Shown piece by piece: positions 1-9,375 of a stretch of DNA of 63,681 nucleotides. Below the pieces are notes generated by a model. That model searched no databases, was not told where the DNA came from, and saw nothing but the letters and a program-made list of their open reading frames with translations. A program made the translations under genes and the position numbers. Source of the stretch: an uncultured Bacilli bacterium (lineage in GTDB: Bacteria > Bacillota_I > Bacilli_A > RF39 > UBA660). The stretch is taken from contig CAKOXL010000004.1 of NCBI GenBank assembly GCA_934130105.1, positions 1 to 63,681 of the forward strand. The letters are read 5' to 3'. How positions within the stretch are numbered: the first letter of the stretch is position 1; each line of letters starts with the position of its first letter.

Positions 1-75
1 TCCAACTGTTATCAATATTAAACTTAATACTGCTATTAGTGTCAAAAATATCTGCTTCTTCTTACTATTTTTCAT
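1..75 (-). CDS. 5' end (first 25 codons, truncated by window edge) of a third paralog of the DGR-target-type secreted protein
   Basis: nt 1-75 are identical to 19379-19453 and encode MKNSKKKQIFLTLIAVLSLILITVG. A GGAGG-type RBS lies just upstream on the minus strand. Confidence 0.75.
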   Translation of the reverse strand, partial: MKNSKKKQIFLTLIAVLSLILITVG

Positions 76-195
76 AAGATAACCTCCATACTACTTAGTC
101 TTATCTTTTTATATTTTTTTATAAGTCTACATTTACTATCGTTAATATTTTATACTCTATTAACATTTTAGCATTCAAATGAATGCTAGTCAACT
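76..195. repeat. About 120-bp conserved upstream/leader region, shared with 50590-50710 (paralog 2)
   Basis: Hand alignment shows near-identity with a few substitutions and one 1-nt indel. It contains the perfect palindrome TAGCATTCA-AA-TGAATGCTA at 169-188. Confidence 0.8.
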
Positions 196-301
196 TGACT
201 AAATTATAAATTTTATCAGTTACAATAAAAAATAACTTAAGACACATCAGAAAAATCATGCTTCTTAAGTTATAAGCTATCAATATAAAGTTCATAGTAA
301 A

Positions 302-1573
302 CTAATTTATTAATTTTTCCCAATAAACATTATTACTATTTTGAACACTGCTAAAATTATCTCTTAACTGATTACTAATTAATACAGCCTTATTATAAAT
401 TGGAGTATTTTTGTTTAAATAAGGATATTTTGTGTTATTTGTCATTAAATTTGAAAATAGTACTGCCCTATCTTCTAAATAATTTGTTTTACTGTAATTA
501 GATAAAAAATATGCTGTATTAGCTGTTAGAGAATCATAGTAATTATATACATATGATGAATCAGTGTTACCATAAGTAAAATTATCTGGATTTACATCTT
601 TCATACTGTTTGCAATTACTCCTGAACCTAAATTAAATGAAATATATGAATCAATAAAATGCATTATTTCATGATGTAGTGTTATTTCAAAAGAGGTTAT
701 GCTAATGGTATTAATCATTAAAATTACATTACTACGATTACTACTATCAGTTAAACCAGCTACTCCTATATCTATACTTTCAACCATATATATAGTAAGA
801 TTCATTCTTGTATTTTTTATTTCTTGAAAAAAGTTAGTTGGATATTTCTTTAGTGCTGTTTCTATTTTTTGCAAGTAGCTATAAATGGTATCATCGTTTG
901 TTTGTTTAACAGGATTTTTATAACCATTCATAGAATAATTACCCATTTCATCTTTATATGCTATATTAACTGAATATTTATTCTGTATCTGTTTACGATA
1001 TTCATCATTAATTTCGGCCTTAGTTTTAGTAACAGGTGGTTCTGTTTTTGATGGTTCTTTGGTTGGAGTTGGGGTTGAAACAGGATTTGGAGTTTCAGTT
1101 ACTTTTGGGTTTTCATCACTTGGTTTTGGAGTCGGTGTTAAAGTAGGACTAGGTGTGTTATTTGGTGTTTGGGATGGTGTTGGCACTATATCATTATTAC
1201 TATTAGAATTTTCTTTATCATTATTAGTCTTTTCATTTTTATCTTTAACTTGATTATTAATATTTTCGTTAGTTGGCTTTTTAGTATCAGTCTCACTATT
1301 ATCTTTATCAGTAACATTTTCTTGTTCTTGCTTATTATTTTGTTCCTGATTAATCTGTGATTCGTTATCTTTTATATTAATATTATTATCTTCTATATTA
1401 TCTTCAAAATTATCTTTATTTTCATTTGATACAATCTCTTGTTTATTTTCATTTTTTAAATTTATAACATTAAAATATAGTAAACTTATAAATATTACTG
1501 CTAATAAAACTAGTAAAATTAAAATAAGATATTTACTTTTTAAGTACTTCTTCATAAATAAACTCCACTTCAT
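302..1573 (-). CDS. Membrane-anchored protein with a low-complexity N/E/K/T/P linker and a C-terminal HExxH (zincin-like) putative metallopeptidase domain
   Basis: N-terminal hydrophobic anchor (YLILILLVLLAVIFISLLYF), a TP-rich linker, and the motif LHHEIMHFID in the C-terminal globular part. Confidence 0.5.
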   Translation of the reverse strand: MKWSLFMKKYLKSKYLILILLVLLAVIFISLLYFNVINLKNENKQEIVSNENKDNFEDNIEDNNINIKDNESQINQEQNNKQEQENVTDKDNSETDTKKPTNENINNQVKDKNEKTNNDKENSNSNNDIVPTPSQTPNNTPSPTLTPTPKPSDENPKVTETPNPVSTPTPTKEPSKTEPPVTKTKAEINDEYRKQIQNKYSVNIAYKDEMGNYSMNGYKNPVKQTNDDTIYSYLQKIETALKKYPTNFFQEIKNTRMNLTIYMVESIDIGVAGLTDSSNRSNVILMINTISITSFEITLHHEIMHFIDSYISFNLGSGVIANSMKDVNPDNFTYGNTDSSYVYNYYDSLTANTAYFLSNYSKTNYLEDRAVLFSNLMTNNTKYPYLNKNTPIYNKAVLISNQLRDNFSSVQNSNNVYWEKLIN

Positions 1574-1673
1574 ACATGTTTTACCAATACATCTTTTAAG
1601 TATTAATATTTAAAAAAAGATGTACGGATAACATCAGCATACATCTATAAAATATATGGTATCATAATTTTTA

Positions 1674-1940
1674 TTAAATATTATTAGATTTTCTATCATT
1701 TTCTTTTTCTAATTTTAATTTTTTCTTATCATAGTCAACAACACAAATTCTACCCAATAGTATAATTACTATTCCAAATAATGTTGGCATAATAAGAAAA
1801 GCTGTAATAGCTAGTACTTGCTTTACTCCTGCATAAACTAGGCAAGGAATAAGTACAATCTCAAGTAATAATAAAACTAGTAAAAAGATTAATAAAGTTT
1901 TATTCTTATTTTTATGTGTATTTTTTTTATTTTTCTTCAT
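1674..1940 (-). CDS. Small two-TM membrane protein, unknown function
   Basis: 88-aa ORF with a basic N-terminus and two hydrophobic segments. Confidence 0.4.
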   Translation of the reverse strand: MKKNKKNTHKNKNKTLLIFLLVLLLLEIVLIPCLVYAGVKQVLAITAFLIMPTLFGIVIILLGRICVVDYDKKKLKLEKENDRKSNNI

Positions 1941-1952
1941 AGCAACACCATC

Positions 1953-2528
1953 CTATTTTTTTACTAGCCAATAAATACTTGATATAATTCCACCTAATGT
2001 AGCTATTAGCATATCAGTCATTGTATCATCTACACCGGTTTTTAAAACCCACTGGGCATCTTCGTTGAATAACTTATCACAAAAAAATTCAAAATATTCC
2101 CAACAAGCAGCTATACTAATGGTAAATGCAATGACAAACAAGAAGCCAAACCACTTGTATTTATTAGTAGTAAGATTATTTTTACTAAGTAAGATAAAAG
2201 CAATGACACTTGTCATAATACCTGATAAAAAATGAGTAAATAAATCAAACCACCAAATTTTATAGTAAAGTTTTAATATACATCCCATTACTAATGCTAG
2301 TAGTAAAAATACATAGTAGAAAAATATTAGGTACTCATTCATGTGATAAAGTTTTATCTTATCTAATATGTATGGTACCATAATTAAAGGTAAAATGCAA
2401 AGAAGTATCAATAATTTTGACAATTTAATTGAGGGAAGACTATTTACAAGCATGTATCCCATAAAGCAAACAAAGAAAATAAATAATAGGCTATTTACTA
2501 CTTTAAGTAGCTTATTCAATATTATCAT
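1953..2528 (-). CDS. Polytopic membrane protein, YjdF/DUF2238-like
   Basis: Multiple TM segments. WWFDLFTHFLSG and the C-terminal DDTMTDMLIATLGG resemble the YjdF family as I recall it. Confidence 0.4.
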   Translation of the reverse strand: MIILNKLLKVVNSLLFIFFVCFMGYMLVNSLPSIKLSKLLILLCILPLIMVPYILDKIKLYHMNEYLIFFYYVFLLLALVMGCILKLYYKIWWFDLFTHFLSGIMTSVIAFILLSKNNLTTNKYKWFGFLFVIAFTISIAACWEYFEFFCDKLFNEDAQWVLKTGVDDTMTDMLIATLGGIISSIYWLVKK

Positions 2529-3549
2529 CTCCTAATTTAGCAACCTCTACCTGATTTATCATTTCAAACTTCTTAGATATTTTCTCAGCTGTAATATGAA
2601 CACTTTCTACATCTTTATTGACTGTTTGGATGCTCTTAGCAAGTTTATCCCAACGATCTTTATATCTTGAAAATTCTAGACCTAGCTTATTTAATTCTTC
2701 ATGAATGATGGAAGTATATTTATCACGTTCTATATTTTTTATAATCATTTGAATAACACTTAAAGTGGAAATTAAGGTAGTTGGTGATGAAATCCAAACC
2801 TTTTTACGGTAAGCATACTCAAGTATATCTTGATGATATGCATTAATTTCAGCAAAAATAGCTTCAGCTGGTAAAAACATAATAGCTTGTTCTGATGTTA
2901 CTCCTTGAATAATATACTTGCTACTAATAGCATCAATATGTTTTTTTACATCAATTTTAAATTGTTTTTCATGAACTGCTCTTTCCATTTGAGATAATTT
3001 TTTATCAACCATTAATTGATAATTTTCAAGAGGAAATTTAGAATCGATTACAATCGTTCCTAGTGGTTCTGGTGCATATAAAACACAATCAGCAATAGTA
3101 TTATTTGGCAAGCTACATTGAAGTTTATAAATTTTATCATTAACACCAAAAACATTCTCCATAATATGTTTTAAATTTACTTCCCCGTAAATACCACGTG
3201 TTTTTTTATCAGTTAAAATACTTTGAAGAGATACGATATCACTAGATAATGTCTCAATTTTTTTCTGAGCTTCATCTATTTTACTAAGACGCTCTAATAC
3301 TGAAGTAAATGTTTTATTAGTTTTTTCAAAATTCTGATCAAGTCTTTCATTTACTTTGTCATTAATAGCATTAAGACGCATTTCCATCTTATCGTTTAAT
3401 CCCGTAAAGTCTTGGTTCATTTCTTTCATAATATTTACTTCAAATCTTCCAAGCCTTTCGGTCATATCACTGTTATCATGCTTTTTAAATATTAGCATAA
3501 GTAATAAAACAATTACCACTATCAATAAAACAATAATTAATATTTCCAT
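2512..3549 (-). CDS. rmuC: DNA recombination protein RmuC
   Basis: N-terminal TM, a long coiled coil and a C-terminal nuclease-like core (VIDSKFPLENY, MFLPAEAIFAEI), typical of RmuC. Confidence 0.85.
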   Translation of the reverse strand: MEILIIVLLIVVIVLLLMLIFKKHDNSDMTERLGRFEVNIMKEMNQDFTGLNDKMEMRLNAINDKVNERLDQNFEKTNKTFTSVLERLSKIDEAQKKIETLSSDIVSLQSILTDKKTRGIYGEVNLKHIMENVFGVNDKIYKLQCSLPNNTIADCVLYAPEPLGTIVIDSKFPLENYQLMVDKKLSQMERAVHEKQFKIDVKKHIDAISSKYIIQGVTSEQAIMFLPAEAIFAEINAYHQDILEYAYRKKVWISSPTTLISTLSVIQMIIKNIERDKYTSIIHEELNKLGLEFSRYKDRWDKLAKSIQTVNKDVESVHITAEKISKKFEMINQVEVAKLGDDNIE

Positions 3550-3575
3550 AATACACCTCTACTAATTATATTCAA

Positions 3576-4157
3576 TTACTTTAATTTTAATCTTTTTTCT
3601 ACTATCTTTGATAATAAGAAAGCAATAACTAATAATAATGCTATTTTAAATAGAACAGTTATATCAGTTAAACTTTCTAAAAGGGATGTTCCTATATATC
3701 CCCAAAAATATACCATTATCATTTTTCCTATTAAAATAGCTAAAAAGAACTTTTCTATTTTAATTTTAGATAATCCACCAGCTATATTAATCAAAAAGGC
3801 TGGCGAAAAAGGAATAGCAATTAGAATTACTAAATTACTAAAACTTATATTAGAAATAGCTGACATAATACTAGCAAATTTGACTTGTTCCTTATTTTTG
3901 ATGAACTTATATAATTTATCACTAAAAAAATGCCTAAATAGTGTAAATGATAACATACATCCAGCTGTTGTTGAAAGCCAAGATATTAAAAAGCCAAAGA
4001 AAGAACCAAAACTAACCATATTTAAGGTAATAAATACTGATAATGGTAACATTGGTAGGATTGATTCTGAGATAATTAGTATAACGCCAGCAAAGGGACC
4101 TAAACTAGTTAATATTTCTGTTGAATGTGTTACAAAGGTATCTATAATTTCACGCAT
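3576..4157 (-). CDS. TVP38/TMEM64 (DedA-related, SNARE-associated) membrane protein
   Basis: Polytopic membrane protein with a DedA-like core. The start is moved to MREIID because the upstream NNGDDM codons look like a GGTGA RBS. Confidence 0.6.
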   Translation of the reverse strand: MREIIDTFVTHSTEILTSLGPFAGVILIISESILPMLPLSVFITLNMVSFGSFFGFLISWLSTTAGCMLSFTLFRHFFSDKLYKFIKNKEQVKFASIMSAISNISFSNLVILIAIPFSPAFLINIAGGLSKIKIEKFFLAILIGKMIMVYFWGYIGTSLLESLTDITVLFKIALLLVIAFLLSKIVEKRLKLK

Positions 4158-4237
4158 ATCATCACCATTATTATTATAGTACATAAACAAAGATATTAAA
4201 AGTAAAAGCTAGTTAAATTTAATTAGTGATGATACCA

Positions 4238-4822
4238 TTATTTTTTTATTTTTTGATATAACCATCTTATTATTAATAGGCATAATAATATTAAAATAGG
4301 CACTTTCAATCTAGATGTATAATGGGAAAGAAGTACCCAATTATTGCCAAGCGAATAGCCTACATATACAAAAGCGAAAGTCCATGGGATACTACCAAGG
4401 GTTGTGTATAATAAAAATTTAGTAAAACTTAGTCTAGTCATTCCTATTGGTAATGATATAAAGGTTCTAATAATAGGAAAATTTCTACCAATAAAAGCAG
4501 CAAACATCCCATATTTTGCAAACCATTTATCAGCTTTATCAATATCCTCTTTTTTCATAAAAAAGTATTTTCCAAACTTTTCAACAAATGGTCTGCCGCC
4601 AAAATAACCCATAGCATAGATGATAATTGCACAAAAAACGCTACCAAATAACCCTACTAAAAATGCGTTAAAAAAAGAAAATATCCCCTGACTTGCCAAA
4701 ATGCCACCAGTTGCCAAGATTAGTTCACTTGGTATTATTATAATAATAGCTTCTAGTATCATGGATAAAAACATTCCTAAATAGCCAAAGTTTCCAATCA
4801 TTTCTAACACAAAATTAGTCAT
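4238..4822 (-). CDS. DedA family membrane protein
   Basis: 194 aa with the typical DedA pattern (GYLGMFLSMILE...PSELIL..G, FIGRNFPIIRTFISLPIG). Confidence 0.75.
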   Translation of the reverse strand: MTNFVLEMIGNFGYLGMFLSMILEAIIIIIPSELILATGGILASQGIFSFFNAFLVGLFGSVFCAIIIYAMGYFGGRPFVEKFGKYFFMKKEDIDKADKWFAKYGMFAAFIGRNFPIIRTFISLPIGMTRLSFTKFLLYTTLGSIPWTFAFVYVGYSLGNNWVLLSHYTSRLKVPILILLCLLIIRWLYQKIKK

Positions 4823-4872
4823 ATAATCACCACTAAAGATTATGTCTAAAATATTGATATAATGAATTTATT

Positions 4873-5559
4873 CTACTTTTCATCTAGTTCAAAGGCTTTT
4901 TCTAATAACATCATTTTTTTAACTTGTCTAATTGAAATTATGTATAATAATATAACGAATATTATATATATAATATAAAAGATATAGCTTTTACTCAACA
5001 AACAGAAATCATAAAAGCCATGTAATATAAATGGCATAAAAATACTTAGAAATAGGTATTTATTTTTTTTAGTTTTTTCACGTCTTTCTTTAGCAAATGA
5101 GAAAAAGTAACCACTACTTATACCAAAAAAAGCATGAGCCGGTACAGTCGTTATTGCCCTAATTATACCAGTTAATACGCCTCCTGTAACAGTATATAAT
5201 ATATTCTCAATAGTAGCAAAACCTAATGAGATAAAAGTCGCATATACTATTCCATCAAATAAATAATCAAAGTTTTTATTATTCTTTAAAAATAAATAAG
5301 TACAGATCCACTTTGATAATTCTTCAATTAAACTAATACCAATAAAAGAATAGATAATTGTATTTATAATGGTATCACTATTCATATTATTTACTTTAAA
5401 TAGATGTGATAAGACTAATGTTATAAAAACAGAGATTATTCCCATAAAATAAGCTTTAATAAGTTCTACTTTGGGTTCTTTTTCTTGTTTATAAGAATTA
5501 TATATTATTAAAGATATAACTAAACTAGGTAAAATAGATAACCATACTAAAAATTTCAT
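4873..5559 (-). CDS. prsW: PrsW family intramembrane protease
   Basis: EELSKW, HAFFG and HGFYDF motifs within a multi-TM protein. Confidence 0.7.
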   Translation of the reverse strand: MKFLVWLSILPSLVISLIIYNSYKQEKEPKVELIKAYFMGIISVFITLVLSHLFKVNNMNSDTIINTIIYSFIGISLIEELSKWICTYLFLKNNKNFDYLFDGIVYATFISLGFATIENILYTVTGGVLTGIIRAITTVPAHAFFGISSGYFFSFAKERREKTKKNKYLFLSIFMPFILHGFYDFCLLSKSYIFYIIYIIFVILLYIISIRQVKKMMLLEKAFELDEK

Positions 5560-5648
5560 TATATACCACCTTAGTAATCATATCATATTTTTTTTAATAT
5601 TTAAAAAAAAGAAGAAATTTCAAAATTCATGAAAATTCTTCTTTCTAT

Positions 5649-5987
5649 TTATTCTTCATTTATTTTTTCTATTAGTTTTTCTATTTTATTTCCATATTCA
5701 ATTGATTCGTCATAGATAAATCTAATTTCTGGTGTGTGCCTTATTTCTATTTTTTTAGCTAGTTGGCCTCTAATAAATGATGAGGCTTTTTTTAATGCTT
5801 CTATGGTTTTATCTTTTTTTTCATCATCTAAAACCGTAAAATACACTTTACAAAAGCTTAAATCATTAGTGATTTCACAACCTGTAATTGTAACAAAATT
5901 AATATCACGATCTTTTATTTCAGTTTTTAAAATCATGCTAATTTCTTTTTGAAATTGATCATTTAGTCTTTCTATTTTTACACTCAT
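5649..5987 (-). CDS. rbfA: Ribosome-binding factor A
   Basis: 112 aa, RbfA-like sequence, located immediately downstream of infB. Confidence 0.9.
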   Translation of the reverse strand: MSVKIERLNDQFQKEISMILKTEIKDRDINFVTITGCEITNDLSFCKVYFTVLDDEKKDKTIEALKKASSFIRGQLAKKIEIRHTPEIRFIYDESIEYGNKIEKLIEKINEE

Positions 5988-6032
5988 TTTTTTCTTCCTT
6001 TCTACGATAATTGGAATTTATTTATGTAAATT

Positions 6033-8138
6033 TTATCTTTTTGTCTCAACTAGTTCATATGATTCGATGATATCATTTTCCTTTATATCTTGATAATTTT
6101 CTAAAGTTATACCACAATCATAGCCTTTAGTAACTTCTTTTACTTGGTCTTTTTCTCTTTGAATAGATGCAACTTTACCAGTATAAATTACTACACCATC
6201 ACGGATAAGTCTTGCATTTGAGTTAGCTTTAATTACTCCATCTGTAACATGGCAACCAGCAATATTACCAACTTTAGAAAATTTAAATATTTGTCTAATT
6301 TCAGCTTCACCGTTTACTTTTTCTTCATAAATAGGATCAAGCATACCAGTTATAGCTTTTTCCATATCTTCTACTACTTTATAGATAATATCGTAAAGAC
6401 GGATTTCAACACCGTTTTCTTTAGCAATTTCAGCTGTTTTAGAACTTGGTCTTACATTGAAACCAATTATAACTGCATCACTTGCTTTAGCTAAAGTTAC
6501 ATCGCTTTCAGTAATAGTACCTACACCACTACGAATTACTTTAACTCTAAAATCTTCTACTTCGATTCTCTCAAGTGATTTTTTAACAGCTTCACTACTA
6601 CCATTTACATCTGTTTTTAAAACTACATTTATTTCATGTATACCTTCTTTTATTTTGCCAAATAAATCATCCAAAGTCATTCCTGATTTATTAGAATCTT
6701 TTTCACGGCTTCTTAATTTTCTTTCTTCTGCAACACTTCTAGCTTGTTTTTCAGTTTCAAATGCCATGAATTTATCACCTGCTTGAGGTGGTTCGTTAAG
6801 TCCTGTTATTTCAACTGGAGTAGATGGTAGAGCTTCAACTATATCTTGTCCTTTATCATTTTTTAAAGTACGGATTTTACCAAAGCTTGTTCCTACTACA
6901 ATAGGATCTCCTAAACGTAGTGTACCATTTTGAATTAATAGTGTAGCTACACTTCCAATTTGTTTATCTAACCTAGATTCAATTACGGCACCAGTTGCAT
7001 AACGATGAGGATTAGCCTTTAATTCAGCCATTTCACTAACTAGTAAGATATTTTCTAATAACTCTGGAATGCCTTCATGAGTTTTAGCTGATATTTTAGA
7101 TACAATTACATCTCCACCCCATTCTTCTGGAGTTATTCCGTATTGAGTTAATTCTGTTAAAACTTTTTCAGGATTTGCGTCTGGCTTATCCATTTTGTTA
7201 ATAGCTACAATTATTGGAACTTTAGCTGCTTTAGCATGATCTATTGCTTCCTTAGTTTGAGGCATAACACCATCATCAGCAGCAACTATTATAATAACGA
7301 TATCAGTAACACTTGCTCCTCTTGCTCTCATTTCAGTAAATGCTTCATGACCTGGAGTATCAATAAAGGTAATCTTTTTACCATTAACTTCTACTTGGTA
7401 AGCACCTATTGCTTGAGTGATACCACCTGCTTCACTATTTACTACACTTGAATTACGAATAGCGTCTAATAATGAGGTTTTACCATGATCGACATGACCC
7501 ATAATAGTTACAACTGGTGGTCTTTCTTCTAAGTTTTCAGCATTATCTATTATCTCAAAACTTTCAAAATTAGAAATATCTTGAGTATCTTCATTTTTTA
7601 ATACTTTATCATAATCTGCTACTAGTATTTCACTAACTTCAAATGAAAGTGAATTATTAAGATTAGCCATTATGCCAAGGTTCATTAATTTTTTAATAAG
7701 TTCACTTGGTGTAGTATTTAGGTTATCAGCTAAATCTTTAACTGTCATATTTTCTTTATATATGATGATATTGTCATCTACTTTTTCATTTGTCATTAGT
7801 TTTTCACGATGCTTATAGATTTCTTTTTTATTTTTTAAAAAGTTACCAACATCTTCACTTTGAACATTTTTCTTCTGCTTGATTTTTGTTTTTTGTTTTT
7901 CATTAACCATTTTAGTGTTTGCTGCAAGTGATTCTACTTTTTCAAAAAATTCATCGTCATCATATTCACTTACTTCGTTACTCATTGAATTTTCAATTTC
8001 ACTATCTAATTCAGTAATATCATCTTGACTTAATAAATCTTCACTAGTTGATACCTTTATATTTAATTTTTCGCACAATCTCAAGATTTCTTCTACCTGT
8101 TTATTTACATCTTGTGCATATTCTAAAACACTCATCAT
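6033..8138 (-). CDS. infB: Translation initiation factor IF-2
   Basis: GTPase motifs GHVDHGKTSLLD, DTPGHEAF and NKMD, plus the IF-2 C-terminal domains. Confidence 0.97.
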   Translation of the reverse strand: MMSVLEYAQDVNKQVEEILRLCEKLNIKVSTSEDLLSQDDITELDSEIENSMSNEVSEYDDDEFFEKVESLAANTKMVNEKQKTKIKQKKNVQSEDVGNFLKNKKEIYKHREKLMTNEKVDDNIIIYKENMTVKDLADNLNTTPSELIKKLMNLGIMANLNNSLSFEVSEILVADYDKVLKNEDTQDISNFESFEIIDNAENLEERPPVVTIMGHVDHGKTSLLDAIRNSSVVNSEAGGITQAIGAYQVEVNGKKITFIDTPGHEAFTEMRARGASVTDIVIIIVAADDGVMPQTKEAIDHAKAAKVPIIVAINKMDKPDANPEKVLTELTQYGITPEEWGGDVIVSKISAKTHEGIPELLENILLVSEMAELKANPHRYATGAVIESRLDKQIGSVATLLIQNGTLRLGDPIVVGTSFGKIRTLKNDKGQDIVEALPSTPVEITGLNEPPQAGDKFMAFETEKQARSVAEERKLRSREKDSNKSGMTLDDLFGKIKEGIHEINVVLKTDVNGSSEAVKKSLERIEVEDFRVKVIRSGVGTITESDVTLAKASDAVIIGFNVRPSSKTAEIAKENGVEIRLYDIIYKVVEDMEKAITGMLDPIYEEKVNGEAEIRQIFKFSKVGNIAGCHVTDGVIKANSNARLIRDGVVIYTGKVASIQREKDQVKEVTKGYDCGITLENYQDIKENDIIESYELVETKR

Positions 8139-8152
8139 AAAAAAACCTCCTT

Positions 8153-8803
8153 TTATTTATTATATAGTATTTTTTTAACCGGATTTTTTCCTACTTTTCT
8201 AATAGGAATATCTGATTCTTCTATTAAATCGTGACTAATTTTATCAAAGTAATCACCATCATAAACAATTTCTTTTACTCCTAAATCAATTAACATTCTA
8301 GCACATATTGAGCATGGATAAGTAGTAACATAAAGTGTACTATCACTAATAGAAATTCCTTCTTTAGCGGCTTTAGTGATTGCTCTTTGTTCAGCATGAA
8401 TTGCCTTACAGTGTTCTTGCATAGTACCGGATTTTATATTATCTTTTTCTCTCATGCAACCGTCTAATTCTTGACAAGATTTAACTCCATTAGGTGCACC
8501 ATTATAGCCAGTTACTAATATTTTTTCATCTTTCACAAATACCGCACCAACATGTCTTCTACAAGTAGAAAAATTACTTTCTTCTTGCGCTTTTTTCATA
8601 AAGTACTCATCAATTTCTAAATTAGATACTACCTCAGTTGTTTTAGAATCTGTAAAACGCTTAACAATGTTTTGTATTTGATAAGATGAAGTTTGCACTT
8701 CTTTTTTTATAAAATCACGCTCTACATTATAAGGACGGTAACTAATGCCAGCTGCATCAAACATTTTCTTTGAAATGTTAACTAAATCGCTCTTAGCATA
8801 CAT
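8153..8803 (-). CDS. dCMP/cytidine deaminase-fold protein (ComEB-type zinc deaminase domain), with the C-terminal remnant of an upstream deaminase fused in frame
   Basis: HAEQRAI ... PCSICARMLI zinc-deaminase motifs. The N-terminal 60 aa continue the PCNECAKLIIQAGIKEVVY frame of the disrupted upstream copy. Confidence 0.7.
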   Translation of the reverse strand: MYAKSDLVNISKKMFDAAGISYRPYNVERDFIKKEVQTSSYQIQNIVKRFTDSKTTEVVSNLEIDEYFMKKAQEESNFSTCRRHVGAVFVKDEKILVTGYNGAPNGVKSCQELDGCMREKDNIKSGTMQEHCKAIHAEQRAITKAAKEGISISDSTLYVTTYPCSICARMLIDLGVKEIVYDGDYFDKISHDLIEESDIPIRKVGKNPVKKILYNK

Positions 8804-8858
8804 TGCAAGATAAACTACTTCTTTAATACCTGCTTGAATAATTAACTTTGCACATTCA

Positions 8859-9098
8859 TTACAAGGAAATTAAGATATCTCCTATCTTCTCACCACTACT
8901 ATCCCAACAAAATTCATCATCATTCATTCCAACAGTAAGACCATTATAACCAATCGATAATGGTTTATTATCTTTAGTAATATATGCTCCAACTTGAGTG
9001 GATGGATCTTTACTTCTAAGAGATGCTAATAAAGCTATTCCCATAGAATATTCGTCCCAAGATAGATAACTTTTTCTTTTACCAGGCATCAACTTCAC
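8859..9098 (-). pseudogene. N-terminal fragment of a eukaryote/phage-type dCMP deaminase lacking the HAE catalytic segment
   Basis: SWDEYSMGIALLASLRSKDPSTQVGAYI..GYNG matches a dCMP deaminase N-terminus. The frame stops at 8859. FPCNECAK resumes in another frame at 8869, leaving no room for the HxE motif. Confidence 0.55.
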
Positions 9099-9110
9099 CC
9101 CCTAGTATCA

Positions 9111-9374
9111 TTATTTCTTAATGATACTTTCTATTTCATCATAAATACCATCGGTAATTTCTGTTTCTAAGCATCTTGCTAAAGCTTTAGATTTTCTAGC
9201 TTTTTCTAGTACTTCTAAATCTTTTTTAATATATGCTCCATGACCGTTTAATTTTCCAGTTAAATCCACTTTAACTTCTCCTTCCGGTGTTTTCACAACC
9301 CTAAGTAGTTCTTGCTTTGGAAATCTCTCACGTGTTACAGAACACATTCTCATTGGAATCTTTTTTACTTTCAT
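9111..9374 (-). CDS. ylxR: YlxR family RNA-binding protein (DUF448)
   Basis: PMRMCSVTRERFPKQELLRVV motif. The start is placed at MKVKK, 1 nt after the nusA stop. Confidence 0.85.
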   Translation of the reverse strand: MKVKKIPMRMCSVTRERFPKQELLRVVKTPEGEVKVDLTGKLNGHGAYIKKDLEVLEKARKSKALARCLETEITDGIYDEIESIIKK

Positions 9375-9375
9375 A

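Noticed and set aside
1059-1360. Plus-strand ORFs antisense to the low-complexity linker of the 423-aa protein
   Set aside because: These are Gly/Val/Phe- or Ile/Phe-rich translations of the reverse strand of a TP/N-rich linker, with no start context.
6249-7451. Plus-strand ORFs inside infB; likewise 9437-9841 inside nusA, 3356-3565, 3880-4179, 4404-4607 and 5734-5952
   Set aside because: They are antisense to strongly supported conserved genes, with no motifs and no RBS.
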